DNA from: Eledone cirrhosa | Taxonomy: Eukaryota | Assembly: GCA_964016885.1 (NCBI GenBank) | Contig: OZ024749.1 | Coordinates: 20,584,001-20,648,000 of the forward strand | DNA: 64,000 bases | Direction of reading: 5' to 3' | Part shown: piece after piece, positions 41,615 to 56,300 of the stretch | How the letters are laid out: each line of letters starts with the position of its first letter | Numbering within the stretch: position 1 is the stretch's first letter | Translations under genes and position numbers: made by a program | Notes under the pieces: model-generated | Told to the model about the DNA's origin: nothing | Database searches by the model: none | Seen by the model: only the letters and a program-made list of their open reading frames with translations

Positions 41615-44600
41615 TGGACTATACCACACTGTGGTACCTACTTACAGCTAGGTGGAATGCGACTGTTGGCACAGTACAGTGGACTATACCATACTTTGGT
41701 ACCTACTTACAGCTAAGTGGACTGTGACTGTTGGCACAGTACAGTGGACTATACCAAACTGTGGTACCTACTTACAGCTAGCTGGACTGTGACTGTTGAC
41801 AGTACAGTGGACTATACCATACTGTGGTACCTACTTACAGCTAGGTGGACTGTGACTGTTGGCACAGTACAGTGGACTATACCATACTGTGGTACCTACT
41901 TACAGCTAGGTGAACTGTGACTGTTGGCACAGTACAGTGGACTATACCATACTGTGGTACCTACTTACAGCTAGGTGCACTGTGACTGTTGGCACATTAC
42001 AGTGGACTATACCATACTGTGGTACCTACTTACAGCTAGGTGGACTGTGACTGTTGACAGTACAGTGGACTATACCATACTGTGGTACCTACTTACAGCT
42101 AGGTGGACTGTGACTGTTGACATAGTACAGTGGACTATACCATACTGTGGTACCTACTTACAGCTAGGTGGACTGTGACTGTTGACAGTACAGTGGACTA
42201 TACCATACTCTGGTACCTACTTACAGCTTGGTGGACTATACCACACTGTGGTACCTACTTAGAGCTAGGTGGACTGTGACTGTTGACATTGTACAGTGGA
42301 CTATACCATACTGTGGTGCCTACTTACAGCTAGGTGGACTGAGCTGTTGACATAGTACAGTGGACTATACCATACTGTGGTACCTACTTACAGCTAGGTG
42401 GACTGTGACTGTTGACAGTACAGTGGACTATACCAGACTGTGGTCCCTACTTACAGCTAGGTGGACTGAGCTGTTGACAGTACAGTGGACTATACCATAC
42501 TGTGGTAGCTACTTACAGCTAGGTGGACTGAGCTGTTGACATAGTACAGTGGACTATACCAGACTGTGGTACCTACTTACAGCTAGGTGGACTGTGACTG
42601 TTGGCACAGTACAGTGGACTGTACCAGACTGTGGTAACTACTTACAGCTAGGTGGACTGAGCTGTTGACATAGTACAGTGGACTATACCAGACTGTGGTC
42701 CCTACTTACAGCTAGGTGGACTGTGACTGTTGACAGTACAGTGGACTATACCATACTGTGGTACCTACTTACAGCTAGGTGGACTGTGACTGTTGACAGT
42801 ACAGTGGACTATACCATACTCTGGTACCTACTTACAGCTTGGTGGACTATACCACACTGTGGTACCTACGTACAGCTAGGTGGACTGTGACGGTTGACAG
42901 TACAGTGGACTATACCATACTGTGGTACCTACTTACAGCTAAGTGGACTGTGACTGTTGGCACAGTACAGTGGACTATACCATACTGTGGTACCTACTTA
43001 CAGCTAGGTGAACTGTGACTGTTGGCACAGTACAGTGGACTATACCATACTGTGGTACCTACTTACAGCTAGGTGGACTGTGACTGTTGGCACAGTACAG
43101 TGGACTCTACCATACTGTGGTACCTACTTACAGCTAGGTGGACTGTGACTGTTGGCACAGTACAGTGGACTATACCATACTTTGGTACCTACTTACAGCT
43201 AAGTGGACTGTGACTGTTGGCACAGTACAGTGGACTATACCAAACTGTGGTACCTACTTACAGCTAGCTGGACTGTGACTGTTGACAGTACAGTGGACTA
43301 TACCATACTGTGGTACCTACTTACAGCTAGGTGGACTGTGACTGTTGGCACAGTACAGTGGACTATACCATACTGTGGTACCTACTTACAGCTAGGTGAA
43401 CTGTGACTGTTGGCACAGTACAGTGGACTATACCATACTGTGGTACCTACTTACAGCTAGGTGGACTGTGACTGTTGGCACATTACAGTGGACTATACCA
43501 TACTGTGGTACCTACTTACAGCTAGGTGGACTGTGACTGTTGGCACAGTACAGTGGAATATATCATACAGTGGTACCTACTTACAGCTAGGTGGACTGTG
43601 ACTGTTGACACTACAGTGGACTATACCACACTGTGGTACCTACTTACAGCTAGGTGGACTGCGACTGTTGGCACAGTACAGTGGACTATACCATACTGTG
43701 GTACCTACTTCCAGCTAGGTGGACTGCGACTGTTGGCACAATACAGTGGACTATACCAGACTGTGGAACCTACTTACAGCTAGGTGGACTGTGACTGTTG
43801 ACACCATACAGTGGACTATACCATACTGTGGTACCTACTTACAGCTAGGTGGACTGTGAGTGTTGAGAGTACAGTGGACTATACCATACTGTGGTACCTA
43901 CTTACAGCTAGGTGGAGTGTGACAGTTGACATAGTACAGTGGACTATACCATACTGTGCTACCTACTTACAGCTAGGTGGACTGTGACTGTTGACATAGT
44001 ACAGTGGACTATACCATACTGTGGTACCTACTTACAGCTAGGTGAACTGTGACTGTTGACAGTACAGTGGACTATACCATACTGTGGTACCTACTTACAG
44101 CTAGGTGGACTGTGACTGTTGACATAGTACAGTGGACTATACCATACTGCTGTACCTACTTATAGCTAGGTGGACTGTGACTGTTGACATAGTACAGTGG
44201 ACTATACCAACTGTGGTACCTACTTACAGCTAGGTAGACTGAGCTGTTGACATAGTACAGTGGACTATACCATACTGTGGTACCTACTTACAGCTAGGTG
44301 GACTGTGACTGTTGACAGTACAGTGGACTATACCATACTGTGGTACCTACTTACAGCTAGGTGAACTGTGACTGTTGACATAGTACAGTGGACTATACCA
44401 ACTGTGGTACCTACTTACAGCTAGGTGGACTGAGCTGTTGACATAGTACAGTGGACTATACCATACTGTGGTACCTACTTACAGCTAGGTGGACTGTGAC
44501 TGTGGACAGTACAGTGGACTATACCATACTGTGGTACCTACTTACAGCTAGGTGGACTGTGACTGTTGACATAGTACAGTGGACTATACCATACTGTGGT

Positions 44601-47600
44601 ACCTACTTACAGCTAGGTGGACTATACCACACTGTGGTACCTACTTAGAGCTAGGTGGACTGTGACTGTTGACATAGTACAGTGGACTATACCATACTGT
44701 GGTGCCTACTTACAGCTAGGTGGACTGTGACTGTTGGCACAGTACAGTGGACTATACCATACTGTGTTACCTACTTACAGCTAGCTGGACTGAGCTGTTG
44801 ACATAGTACAGTGGACTATACCATACTGTGGTACCTACTTACAGCTAGGTGGACTGTGACTGTTGACAGTACAGTGGACTATACCAGACTGTGGTCCCTA
44901 CTTACAGCTAGGTGGACTGAGCTGTTGACAGTACAGTGGACTATACCATACTGTGGTAGCTACTTACAGCTAGGTGGACTGAGCTGTTGACATAGTACAG
45001 TGGACTATACCAGACTGTGGTACCTACTTACAGCTAGGTGGACTGTGACTGTTGGCACGGTACAGTGGACTGTACCAGACTGTGGTACCTACTTACAGCT
45101 AGGTGGACTGAGCTGTTGACATAGTACAGTGGACTATACCAGACTGTGGTCCCTACTTACAGCTAGGTGGACTGTGACTGTTGACAGTACAGTGGACTAT
45201 ACCATACTGTGTTACCTACTTACAGCTAGCTGGACTGTGACTGTTGACATAGTACAGTGGACTATACCAACTGTGGTACCTACTTACAGCTAGGTAGACT
45301 GAGCTGTTGACATAGTACAGTGGACTATACCATACTGTGGTACCTACTTACAGCTAGGTGGACTGTGACTGTTGACAGTACAGTTGACTATACCATACTG
45401 TGGTACCTACTTACAGCTAGGTGGACTGTGACTGTTGACATAGTACAGTGGACTATACCAACTGTGGTACCTACTTACAGCTAGCTGGACTGAGCTGTTG
45501 ACATAGTACAGTGGACTATACAATACTGTGGTACCTACTTAGAGCTAGCTGGACTGTGACTTTTGACAGCACAATGGACTATACCATACTCTGGTACCTA
45601 CTTACAGCTAGGTGGACTGTGACTGTTGACATAGTACAGTGGACTATACCAACTGTGGTACCTACTTACAGCTAGGTGGACTGAGCTGTTAACATAGTAC
45701 AGTGGACTATACCATACTGTGGTACCTACTTACAGCTAGGTGGACTGTGACTGTTAACAGTACAGTGGACTATACCATACTGTGGTACCTACTTACAGCT
45801 AGGTGGACTGTGACTGTTGACATAGTACAGTGGACTATACCATACTGTGGTACCTACTTACAGCTAGGTGGACTATACCACACTGTGGTACCTACTTAGA
45901 GCTAGGTGGACTGTGACTGTTGACATAGTACAGTGGACTATACCATACTGTGGTGCCTACTTACAGCTAGGTGGACTGAGCTGTTGACATAGTACAGTGG
46001 ACTATACCATACTGTGGTACCTACTTACAGCTAGGTGGACTGTGACTGTTGACAGTACAGTGGACTATACCAGACTCTGGTCCCTACTTACAGCTAGGTG
46101 GACTGAGCTGTTGACAGTACAGTGGACTATACCATACTGTGGGAGCTACTTACAGCTAGGTGGACTGAGCTGTTGACATAGTACAGTGGACTATACCAGA
46201 CTGTGGTACCTACTTACAGCTAGGTGGACTGTGACTGTTGGCACAGTACAGTGGACTGTACCAGACTGTGGTAACTACTTACAGCTAGGTGGACTGAGCT
46301 GTTGACATAGTACAGTGGACTATACCAGACTGTGGTCCCTACTTACAGCTAGGTGGACTGTGACAGTTGACAGTACAGTGGACTATACCATACTGTGGTA
46401 CCTACTTACAGCTAGGTGGACTGTGACTGTTGACAGTACAGTGGACTATACCATACTCTGGTACCTACTTACAGCTTGGTGGACTATACCACACTGTGGT
46501 ACCTACGTACAGCTAGGTGGACTGTGACGGTTGACAGTACAGTGGACTATACCATACTGTGGTACCTACTTACAGCTAAGTGGACTGTGACTGTTGGCAC
46601 AGTACAGTGGACTATACCATACTGTGGTACCTACTTACAGCTAGCTGGACTGTGACAGTTGACAGTACAGTGGACTATACCATACTGTGGTACCTACTTA
46701 CAGCTAGGTGGACTGTGACTGTTGGCACAGTACAGTGGACTATACCATACTGTGGTACCTACTTACAGCTAGGTGAACTGTGACTGTTGGCACAGTACAG
46801 TGGACTATACCATACTGTGGTACCTATTTACAGCTAGGTGGACTGTGACTGTTGGCACAGTACAGTGGACTCTACCATACTGTGGTACCTACTTACAGCT
46901 AGGTGGACTGTGACTGTTGGCACAGTACAGTGGAATATATCATACAGTGGTACCTACTTACAGCTAGGTGGACTTTTACAGTTGACAGTACAGTGGACTA
47001 TACCACACTGTGGTACCTACTTACAGCTAGGTGGAATGCGACTGTTGGCACAGTACAGTGGACTATACCATACTTTGGTACCTACTTACAGCTAAGTGGA
47101 CTGTGACTGTTGGCACAGTACAGTGGACTATACCAAACTGTGGTACCTACTTACAGCTAGCTGGACTGTGACTGTTGACAGTACAGTGGACTATACCATA
47201 CTGTGGTACCTACTTACAGCTAGGTGGACTGTGACTGTTGGCACAGTACAGTGGACTATACCATACTGTGGTACCTACTTACAGCTAGGTGAACTGTGAC
47301 TGTTGGCACAGTACAGTGGACTATAGCATACTGTGGTACCTACTTACAGCTAGGTGGACTGTGACTGTTGGCACATTACAGTGGACTATACCATACTGTG
47401 GTATCTACTTACAGCTAGGTGGACTGTGACTGTTGGCACAGTACAGTGGAATATATCATACAGTGGTACCTACTTACAGCTAGGTGGACTGTGACTGTTG
47501 ACAGTACAGTGGACTATACCATACTGTGGTACCTACTTACAGCTAGGTGGACTGTGACTGTTGACATAGTACAGTGGACTATACCAACTGTGGTACCTAC

Positions 47601-50600
47601 TTACAGCTAGCTGGACTGAGCTGTTGACATAGTACAGTGGACTATACCATACTGTGGTACCTACTTAGAGCTAGCTGGACTGTGACTTTTGACAGCACAA
47701 TGGACTATACCATACTCTGGTACCTACTTACAGCTAGGTGGACTGTGACTGTTGACATAGTACAGTGGACTATACCAACTGTGGTACCTACTTACAGCTA
47801 GGTGGACTGAGCTGTTGACATAGTACAGTGGACTATACCATACTGTGGTACCTACTTACAGCTAGGTGGACTGTGACTGTTGACAGTACAGTGGACTATA
47901 CCATACTGTGGTACCTACTTACAGCTAGGTGGACTGTGACTGTTGACATAGTACAGTGGACTATACCATACTGTGGTACATACGTACAGCTGGGGGGACT
48001 ATACCACACTGTGGTACCTACTTAGAGCTAGGTGGACTGTGACTGTTGACATAGTACAGTGGACTATACCATACTGTGGTGCCTACTTACAGCTAGGTGG
48101 ACTGAGCTGTTGACATAGTACAGTGGACTATACCATACTGTGGTACCTACTTACAGCTAGGTGGACTGTGACTGTTGACAGTACAGTGGACTATACCAGA
48201 CTGTGGTCCCTACTTACAGCTAGGTGGACTGTGACTGTTGACAGTACAGTGGACTATACCATACTGTGGTACCTACTTACAACTAGGTGGACTGTGACTG
48301 TTGACAGTACAGTGGAATATACCATACTCTGGTACCTACTTACAGCTTGGTGGACTATACCACACTGTGGTACCTACGTACAGCTAGGTGGACTGTGACG
48401 GTTGACAGTACAGTGGACTATACCATACTGTGGTACCTACTTACAGCTAAGTGGACTGTGACTGTTGGCACATTACAGTGGACTATACCATACTGTGGTA
48501 CCTACTTACAGCTAGCTGGACTGTGACAGTTGACAGTAAAAGTGGACTATACCATACTGTCGTACCTACTTACAGCTAGGTGGACTGTGACTGTTGGCAC
48601 AGTACAGTGGACTATACCATACTGTGGTACCTACTTACAGCTAGGTGAACTGTGACTGTTGGCACAGTACAGTGGACTATACTATACTGTGGTACCTACT
48701 TACAGCTAGGTGGACTGTGACTGTTGGCACAGTACAGTGGACTCTACCATACTGTGGTACCTACTTATAGCTAGGTGGACTGTGACTGTTGGCACAGTAC
48801 AGTAGAATATATCATACAGTGGTACCTACTTACAGCTAGGTGGACTTTTACAGTTGACAGTACAGTGGACTATACCACACTGTGGTACCTACTTACAGCT
48901 AGGTGGAATGCGACTGTTGGCACAGTACAGTGGACTATACCATACTTTGGTACCTACTTACAGCTAAGTGGACTGTGACTGTTGGCACAGTACAGTGGAC
49001 TATACCAAACTGTGGTACCTACTTACAGCTAGCTGGACTGTGACTGTTGACAGTACAGTGGACTATACCATACTGTGGTACCTACTTACAGCTAGGTAGA
49101 CTGTGACTGTTGGCACAGTACAGTGGACTATACCATACTGTGGTACCTACTTACAGCTAGGTGAACTGTGACTGTTGGCACAGTACAGTGGACTATACCA
49201 TACTGTGGTACCTACTTACAGCTAGGTGGACTGTGACTGTTGGCACATTACAGTGGACTATACCATACTGTGGTACCTACTTACAGCTAGGTGGACTGTG
49301 ACTGTTGGCACAGTACAGTGGAATATATCATACAGTGGTACCTACTTACAGCTAGGTGGACTGTGACTGTTGACACTACAGTGGACTATACCACACTGTG
49401 GTACCTACTTACAGCTAGGTGGACTGCGACTGTTGGCACAGTACAGTGGACTATACCATACTTTGGTACCTACTTACAGCTAGGTGGACTGCGACTGTTG
49501 GCACAGTACAGTGGACTATACCATACTGTGGTACCTACTTCCAGCTAGGTGGACTGCGACTGTTGGCACAATACAGTGGACTATACCAGACTGTGGAACC
49601 TACTTACAGCTAGGTGGACTGTGACTGTTGACACCATACAGTGGACTATACCATACTGTGGTACCTACTTACAGCTAGGTGGACTGTGACTGTTGACATA
49701 GTACAGTGGACTATACCATACTGTGGTACCTACTTACAGCTAGGTGGACTATACCACACTGTGGTACCTACTTAGAGCTAGGTGGACTGTGACTGTTGAC
49801 ATAGTACAGTGGACTATACCATACTGTGGTGCCTACTTACAGCTAGGTGGACTGTGACTGTTGGCACAGTACAGTGGACTATACCATACTGTGTTACCTA
49901 CTTACAGCTAGCTGGACTGAGCTGTTGACATAGTACAGTGGACTATACCATACTGTGGTACCTACTTACAGCTAGGTGGACAGTGACTGTTGACAGTACA
50001 GTGGACTATACCAGACTGTGGTCCCTACTTACAGCTAGGTGGACTGAGCTGTTGACAGTACAGTGGACTATACCATACTGTGGTAGCTACTTACAGCTAG
50101 GTGGACTGAGCTGTTGACATAGTACAGTGGACTATACCAGACTGTGGTACCTACTTACAGCTAGGTGGACTGTGACTGTTGGCACAGTACAGTGGACTGT
50201 ACCAGACTGTGGTACCTACTTACAGCTAGGTGGACTGAGCTGTTGACATAGTACAGTGGACTATACCAGACTGTGGTCCCTACTTACAGCTAGGTGGACT
50301 GTGACTGTTGACAGTACAGTGGACTATACCATACTGTGTTACCTACTTACAGCTAGCTGGACTGTGACTGTTGACATAGTACAGTGGACTATACCAACTG
50401 TGGTACCTACTTACAGCTAGGTAGACTGAGCTGTTGACATAGTACAGTGGACTATACCATACTGTGGTACCTACTTACAGCTAGGTGGACTGTGACTGTT
50501 GACAGTACAGTGGACTATACCATACTGTGGTACCTACTTACAGCTAGGTGGACTGTGACTTTTGACATAGTACAGTGGACTATACCAACTGTGGTACCTA

Positions 50601-53378
50601 CTTACAGCTAGCTGGACTGAGCTGTTGACATAGTACAGTGGACTATACCATACTGTGGTACCTACTTAGAGCTAGCTGGACTGTGACTTTTGACAGCACA
50701 ATGGACTATACCATACTCTGGTACCTACTTACAGCTAGGTGGACTGTGACTGTTGACATAGTACAGTGGACTATACCAACTGTGGTACCTACTTACAGCT
50801 AGGTGGACTGAGCTGTTGACATAGTACAGTGGACTATACCATACTGTGGTACCTACTTACAGCTAGGTGGACTGTGACTGTTGACAGTACAGTGGACTAT
50901 ACCATACTGTGGTACCTACTTACAGCTAGGTGGACTGTGACTGTTGACATAGTACAGTGGACTATACCATACTGTGGTACCTACTTACAGCTAGGTGGAC
51001 TATACCACACTGTGGTACCTACTTAGAGCTAGGTGGACTGTGACTGTTGACATAGTACAGTGGACTATACCATACTGTGGTGCCTACTTACAGCTAGGTG
51101 GACTGAGCTGTTGACATAGTACAGTGGACTATACCATACTGTGGTACCTACTTACAGCTAGGTGGACTGTGACTGTTGACAGTACAGTGGACTATACCAG
51201 ACTGTGGTCCCTACTTACAGCTAGGTGGACTGAGCTGTTGACAGTACAGTGGACTATACCATACTGTGGTAGCTACTTACAACTAGGTGGACTGAGCTGT
51301 TGACATAGTACAGTGGACTATACCAGACTCTGGTACCTACTTACAGCTAGGTGGACTATACCACACTGTGGTACCTACTTAGAGCTAGGTGGACTGTGAC
51401 TGTTGACATAGTACAGTGGACTATACCAGACTGTGGTCCCTACTTACAGCTAGGTGGTCTGTGACTGTTGACAGTACAGCGGACTATACCATACTGTGGT
51501 ACCTACTTACAGCTAGGTGGACTGTGACTGTTGACAGTACAGTGGACTATACCATACTCTGGTACCTACTTACAGCTTGGTGGACTATACCACACTGTGG
51601 TACCTACGTACAGCTAGGTGGACTGTGACGGTTGACAGTACAGTGGACTATACCATACTGTGGTACCTACTTACAGCTAAGTGGACTGTGACTGTTGGCA
51701 CAGTACAGTGGACTATACCATACTGTGGTACCTACTTACAGCTAGCTGGACTGTGACAGTTGACAGTACAGTGGACTATACCATACTGTGGTACCTACTT
51801 ACAGCTAGGTGGACTGTGACTGTTGGCACAGTACAGTGGACTATACCATACTGTGGTACCTACTTACAGCTAGGTGAACTGTGACTGTTGGCACAGTACA
51901 GTGGACTATACCATACTTTGGTACCTACTTACAGCTAAGTGGACTGTGACTGTTGGCACAGTACAGTGGACTATACCATACTGTGGTACCTACTTACAGC
52001 TAGGTGAACTGTGACTGTTGGCACAGTACAGTGGACTATACCATACTGTGGTACCTACTTACAGCTAGGTGGACTGTGACTGTTGGCACAGTACAGTGGA
52101 CTCTACCATACTGTGGTACCTACTTACAGCTAGGTGGACTGTGACTGTTGGCACAGTACAGTGGAATATATCATACAGTGGTACCTACTTACAGCTAGGT
52201 GGACTTTTACAGTTGACAGTACAGTGGACTATACCACACTGTGGTACCTACTTACAGCTAGGTGGAATGCGACTGTTGGCACAGTACAGTGGACTATACC
52301 ATACTTTGGTACCTACTTACAGCTAAGTGGACTGCGACTGTTGGCACAGTACAGTGGACTATACCATACTGTGGTACCTACTTCCAGCTAGGTGGACTGC
52401 GACTGTTGGCACAATACAGTGGACTATACCAGACTGTGGAACCTACTTACAGCTAGGTGGACTGTGACTGTTGACACCATACAGTGGACTATACCATACT
52501 GTGGTACCTACTTACAGCTAGGTGGACTGTGAGTGTTGAGAGTACAGTGGACTATACCATACTGTGGTACCTACTTACAGCTAGGTGGAGTGTGACAGTT
52601 GACATAGTACAGTGGACTATACCATACTGTGCTACCTACTTACAGCTAGGTGGACTGTGACTGTTGACATAGTACAGTGGACTATACCATACTGTGGTAC
52701 CTACTTACAGCTAGGTGAACTGTGACTGTTGACAGTACAGTGGACTATACCATACTGTGGTACCTACTTACAGCTAGGTGGACTCTGACTGTTGACATAG
52801 TACAGTGGACTATACCATACTGCTGTACCTACTTATAGCTAGGTGGACTGTGACTGTTGACATAGTACAGTGGACTATACCAACTGTGGTACCTACTTAC
52901 AGCTAGGTAGACTGAGCTGTTGACATAGTACAGTGGACTATACTATACTGTGGTACCTACTTACAGCTAGGTGGACTGTGACTGTTGACAGTACAGTGGA
53001 CTATACCATACTGTGGTACCTACTTACAGCTAGGTGGACTGTGACTGTTGACATAGTACAGTGGACTATACCAACTGTGGTACCTACTTACAGCTAGCTG
53101 GACTGAGCTGTTGGCATAGTACAGTGGACTATACCATACTGTGGTACCTACTTACAGCTAGCTGGACTGTGACTGTTGACAGTACAATGGACTATACCAT
53201 ACTCTGGTACCTACTTACAGCTAGGTGGACTGTGACTGTTGACATAGTACAGTGGACTATACCAACGGTGGTACCTACTTACAGCTAGGTGGACTGAGCT
53301 GTTGACATAGTACAGTGGACTATACCATACTGTGGTACCTACTTACAGCTAGGTGGACTGTGACTGTTGACAGTACAG
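41615..53378. repeat. Copy 1 of a recent 11,764-bp tandem segmental duplication
   Basis: ORFs from 41717 to 51681 have identically translated partners at exactly +11,764 (41717/53481, 45702/57466, 48123/59887, 51681/63445). Rare variants are shared, e.g. TGGGGGGACT at 47991/59755 and TGACAGTAAA at 48531/60295. Confidence 0.93.
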
Positions 53379-56300
53379 TGGACTATACCACACTGTGGTA
53401 CCTACTTACAGCTAGGTGGAATGCGACTGTTGGCACAGTACAGTGGACTATACCATACTTTGGTACCTACTTACAGCTAAGTGGACTGTGACTGTTGGCA
53501 CAGTACAGTGGACTATACCAAACTGTGGTACCTACTTACAGCTAGCTGGACTGTGACTGTTGACAGTACAGTGGACTATACCATACTGTGGTACCTACTT
53601 ACAGCTAGGTGGACTGTGACTGTTGGCACAGTACAGTGGACTATACCATACTGTGGTACCTACTTACAGCTAGGTGAACTGTGACTGTTGGCACAGTACA
53701 GTGGACTATACCATACTGTGGTACCTACTTACAGCTAGGTGCACTGTGACTGTTGGCACATTACAGTGGACTATACCATACTGTGGTACCTACTTACAGC
53801 TAGGTGGACTGTGACTGTTGACAGTACAGTGGACTATACCATACTGTGGTACCTACTTACAGCTAGGTGGACTGTGACTGTTGACATAGTACAGTGGACT
53901 ATACCATACTGTGGTACCTACTTACAGCTAGGTGGACTGTGACTGTTGACAGTACAGTGGACTATACCATACTCTGGTACCTACTTACAGCTTGGTGGAC
54001 TATACCACACTGTGGTACCTACTTAGAGCTAGGTGGACTGTGACTGTTGACATTGTACAGTGGACTATACCATACTGTGGTGCCTACTTACAGCTAGGTG
54101 GACTGAGCTGTTGACATAGTACAGTGGACTATACCATACTGTGGTACCTACTTACAGCTAGGTGGACTGTGACTGTTGACAGTACAGTGGACTATACCAG
54201 ACTGTGGTCCCTACTTACAGCTAGGTGGACTGAGCTGTTGACAGTACAGTGGACTATACCATACTGTGGTAGCTACTTACAGCTAGGTGGACTGAGCTGT
54301 TGACATAGTACAGTGGACTATACCAGACTGTGGTACCTACTTACAGCTAGGTGGACTGTGACTGTTGGCACAGTACAGTGGACTGTACCAGACTGTGGTA
54401 ACTACTTACAGCTAGGTGGACTGAGCTGTTGACATAGTACAGTGGACTATACCAGACTGTGGTCCCTACTTACAGCTAGGTGGACTGTGACTGTTGACAG
54501 TACAGTGGACTATACCATACTGTGGTACCTACTTACAGCTAGGTGGACTGTGACTGTTGACAGTACAGTGGACTATACCATACTCTGGTACCTACTTACA
54601 GCTTGGTGGACTATACCACACTGTGGTACCTACGTACAGCTAGGTGGACTGTGACGGTTGACAGTACAGTGGACTATACCATACTGTGGTACCTACTTAC
54701 AGCTAAGTGGACTGTGACTGTTGGCACAGTACAGTGGACTATACCATACTGTGGTACCTACTTACAGCTAGGTGAACTGTGACTGTTGGCACAGTACAGT
54801 GGACTATACCATACTGTGGTACCTACTTACAGCTAGGTGGACTGTGACTGTTGGCACAGTACAGTGGACTCTACCATACTGTGGTACCTACTTACAGCTA
54901 GGTGGACTGTGACTGTTGGCACAGTACAGTGGACTATACCATACTTTGGTACCTACTTACAGCTAAGTGGACTGTGACTGTTGGCACAGTACAGTGGACT
55001 ATACCAAACTGTGGTACCTACTTACAGCTAGCTGGACTGTGACTGTTGACAGTACAGTGGACTATACCATACTGTGGTACCTACTTACAGCTAGGTGGAC
55101 TGTGACTGTTGGCACAGTACAGTGGACTATACCATACTGTGGTACCTACTTACAGCTAGGTGAACTGTGACTGTTGGCACAGTACAGTGGACTATACCAT
55201 ACTGTGGTACCTACTTACAGCTAGGTGGACTGTGACTGTTGGCACATTACAGTGGACTATACCATACTGTGGTACCTACTTACAGCTAGGTGGACTGTGA
55301 CTGTTGGCACAGTACAGTGGAATATATCATACAGTGGTACCTACTTACAGCTAGGTGGACTGTGACTGTTGACACTACAGTGGACTATACCACACTGTGG
55401 TACCTACTTACAGCTAGGTGGACTGCGACTGTTGGCACAGTACAGTGGACTATACCATACTGTGGTACCTACTTCCAGCTAGGTGGACTGCGACTGTTGG
55501 CACAATACAGTGGACTATACCAGACTGTGGAACCTACTTACAGCTAGGTGGACTGTGACTGTTGACACCATACAGTGGACTATACCATACTGTGGTACCT
55601 ACTTACAGCTAGGTGGACTGTGAGTGTTGAGAGTACAGTGGACTATACCATACTGTGGTACCTACTTACAGCTAGGTGGAGTGTGACAGTTGACATAGTA
55701 CAGTGGACTATACCATACTGTGCTACCTACTTACAGCTAGGTGGACTGTGACTGTTGACATAGTACAGTGGACTATACCATACTGTGGTACCTACTTACA
55801 GCTAGGTGAACTGTGACTGTTGACAGTACAGTGGACTATACCATACTGTGGTACCTACTTACAGCTAGGTGGACTGTGACTGTTGACATAGTACAGTGGA
55901 CTATACCATACTGCTGTACCTACTTATAGCTAGGTGGACTGTGACTGTTGACATAGTACAGTGGACTATACCAACTGTGGTACCTACTTACAGCTAGGTA
56001 GACTGAGCTGTTGACATAGTACAGTGGACTATACCATACTGTGGTACCTACTTACAGCTAGGTGGACTGTGACTGTTGACAGTACAGTGGACTATACCAT
56101 ACTGTGGTACCTACTTACAGCTAGGTGAACTGTGACTGTTGACATAGTACAGTGGACTATACCAACTGTGGTACCTACTTACAGCTAGGTGGACTGAGCT
56201 GTTGACATAGTACAGTGGACTATACCATACTGTGGTACCTACTTACAGCTAGGTGGACTGTGACTGTGGACAGTACAGTGGACTATACCATACTGTGGTA

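Noticed and set aside
47991-48000. G-run TGGGGGG as a G-quadruplex or telomeric seed
   Set aside because: It is a single run made by two substitutions in one monomer (copied at 59755). The consensus has only GG doublets and no telomeric repeat.
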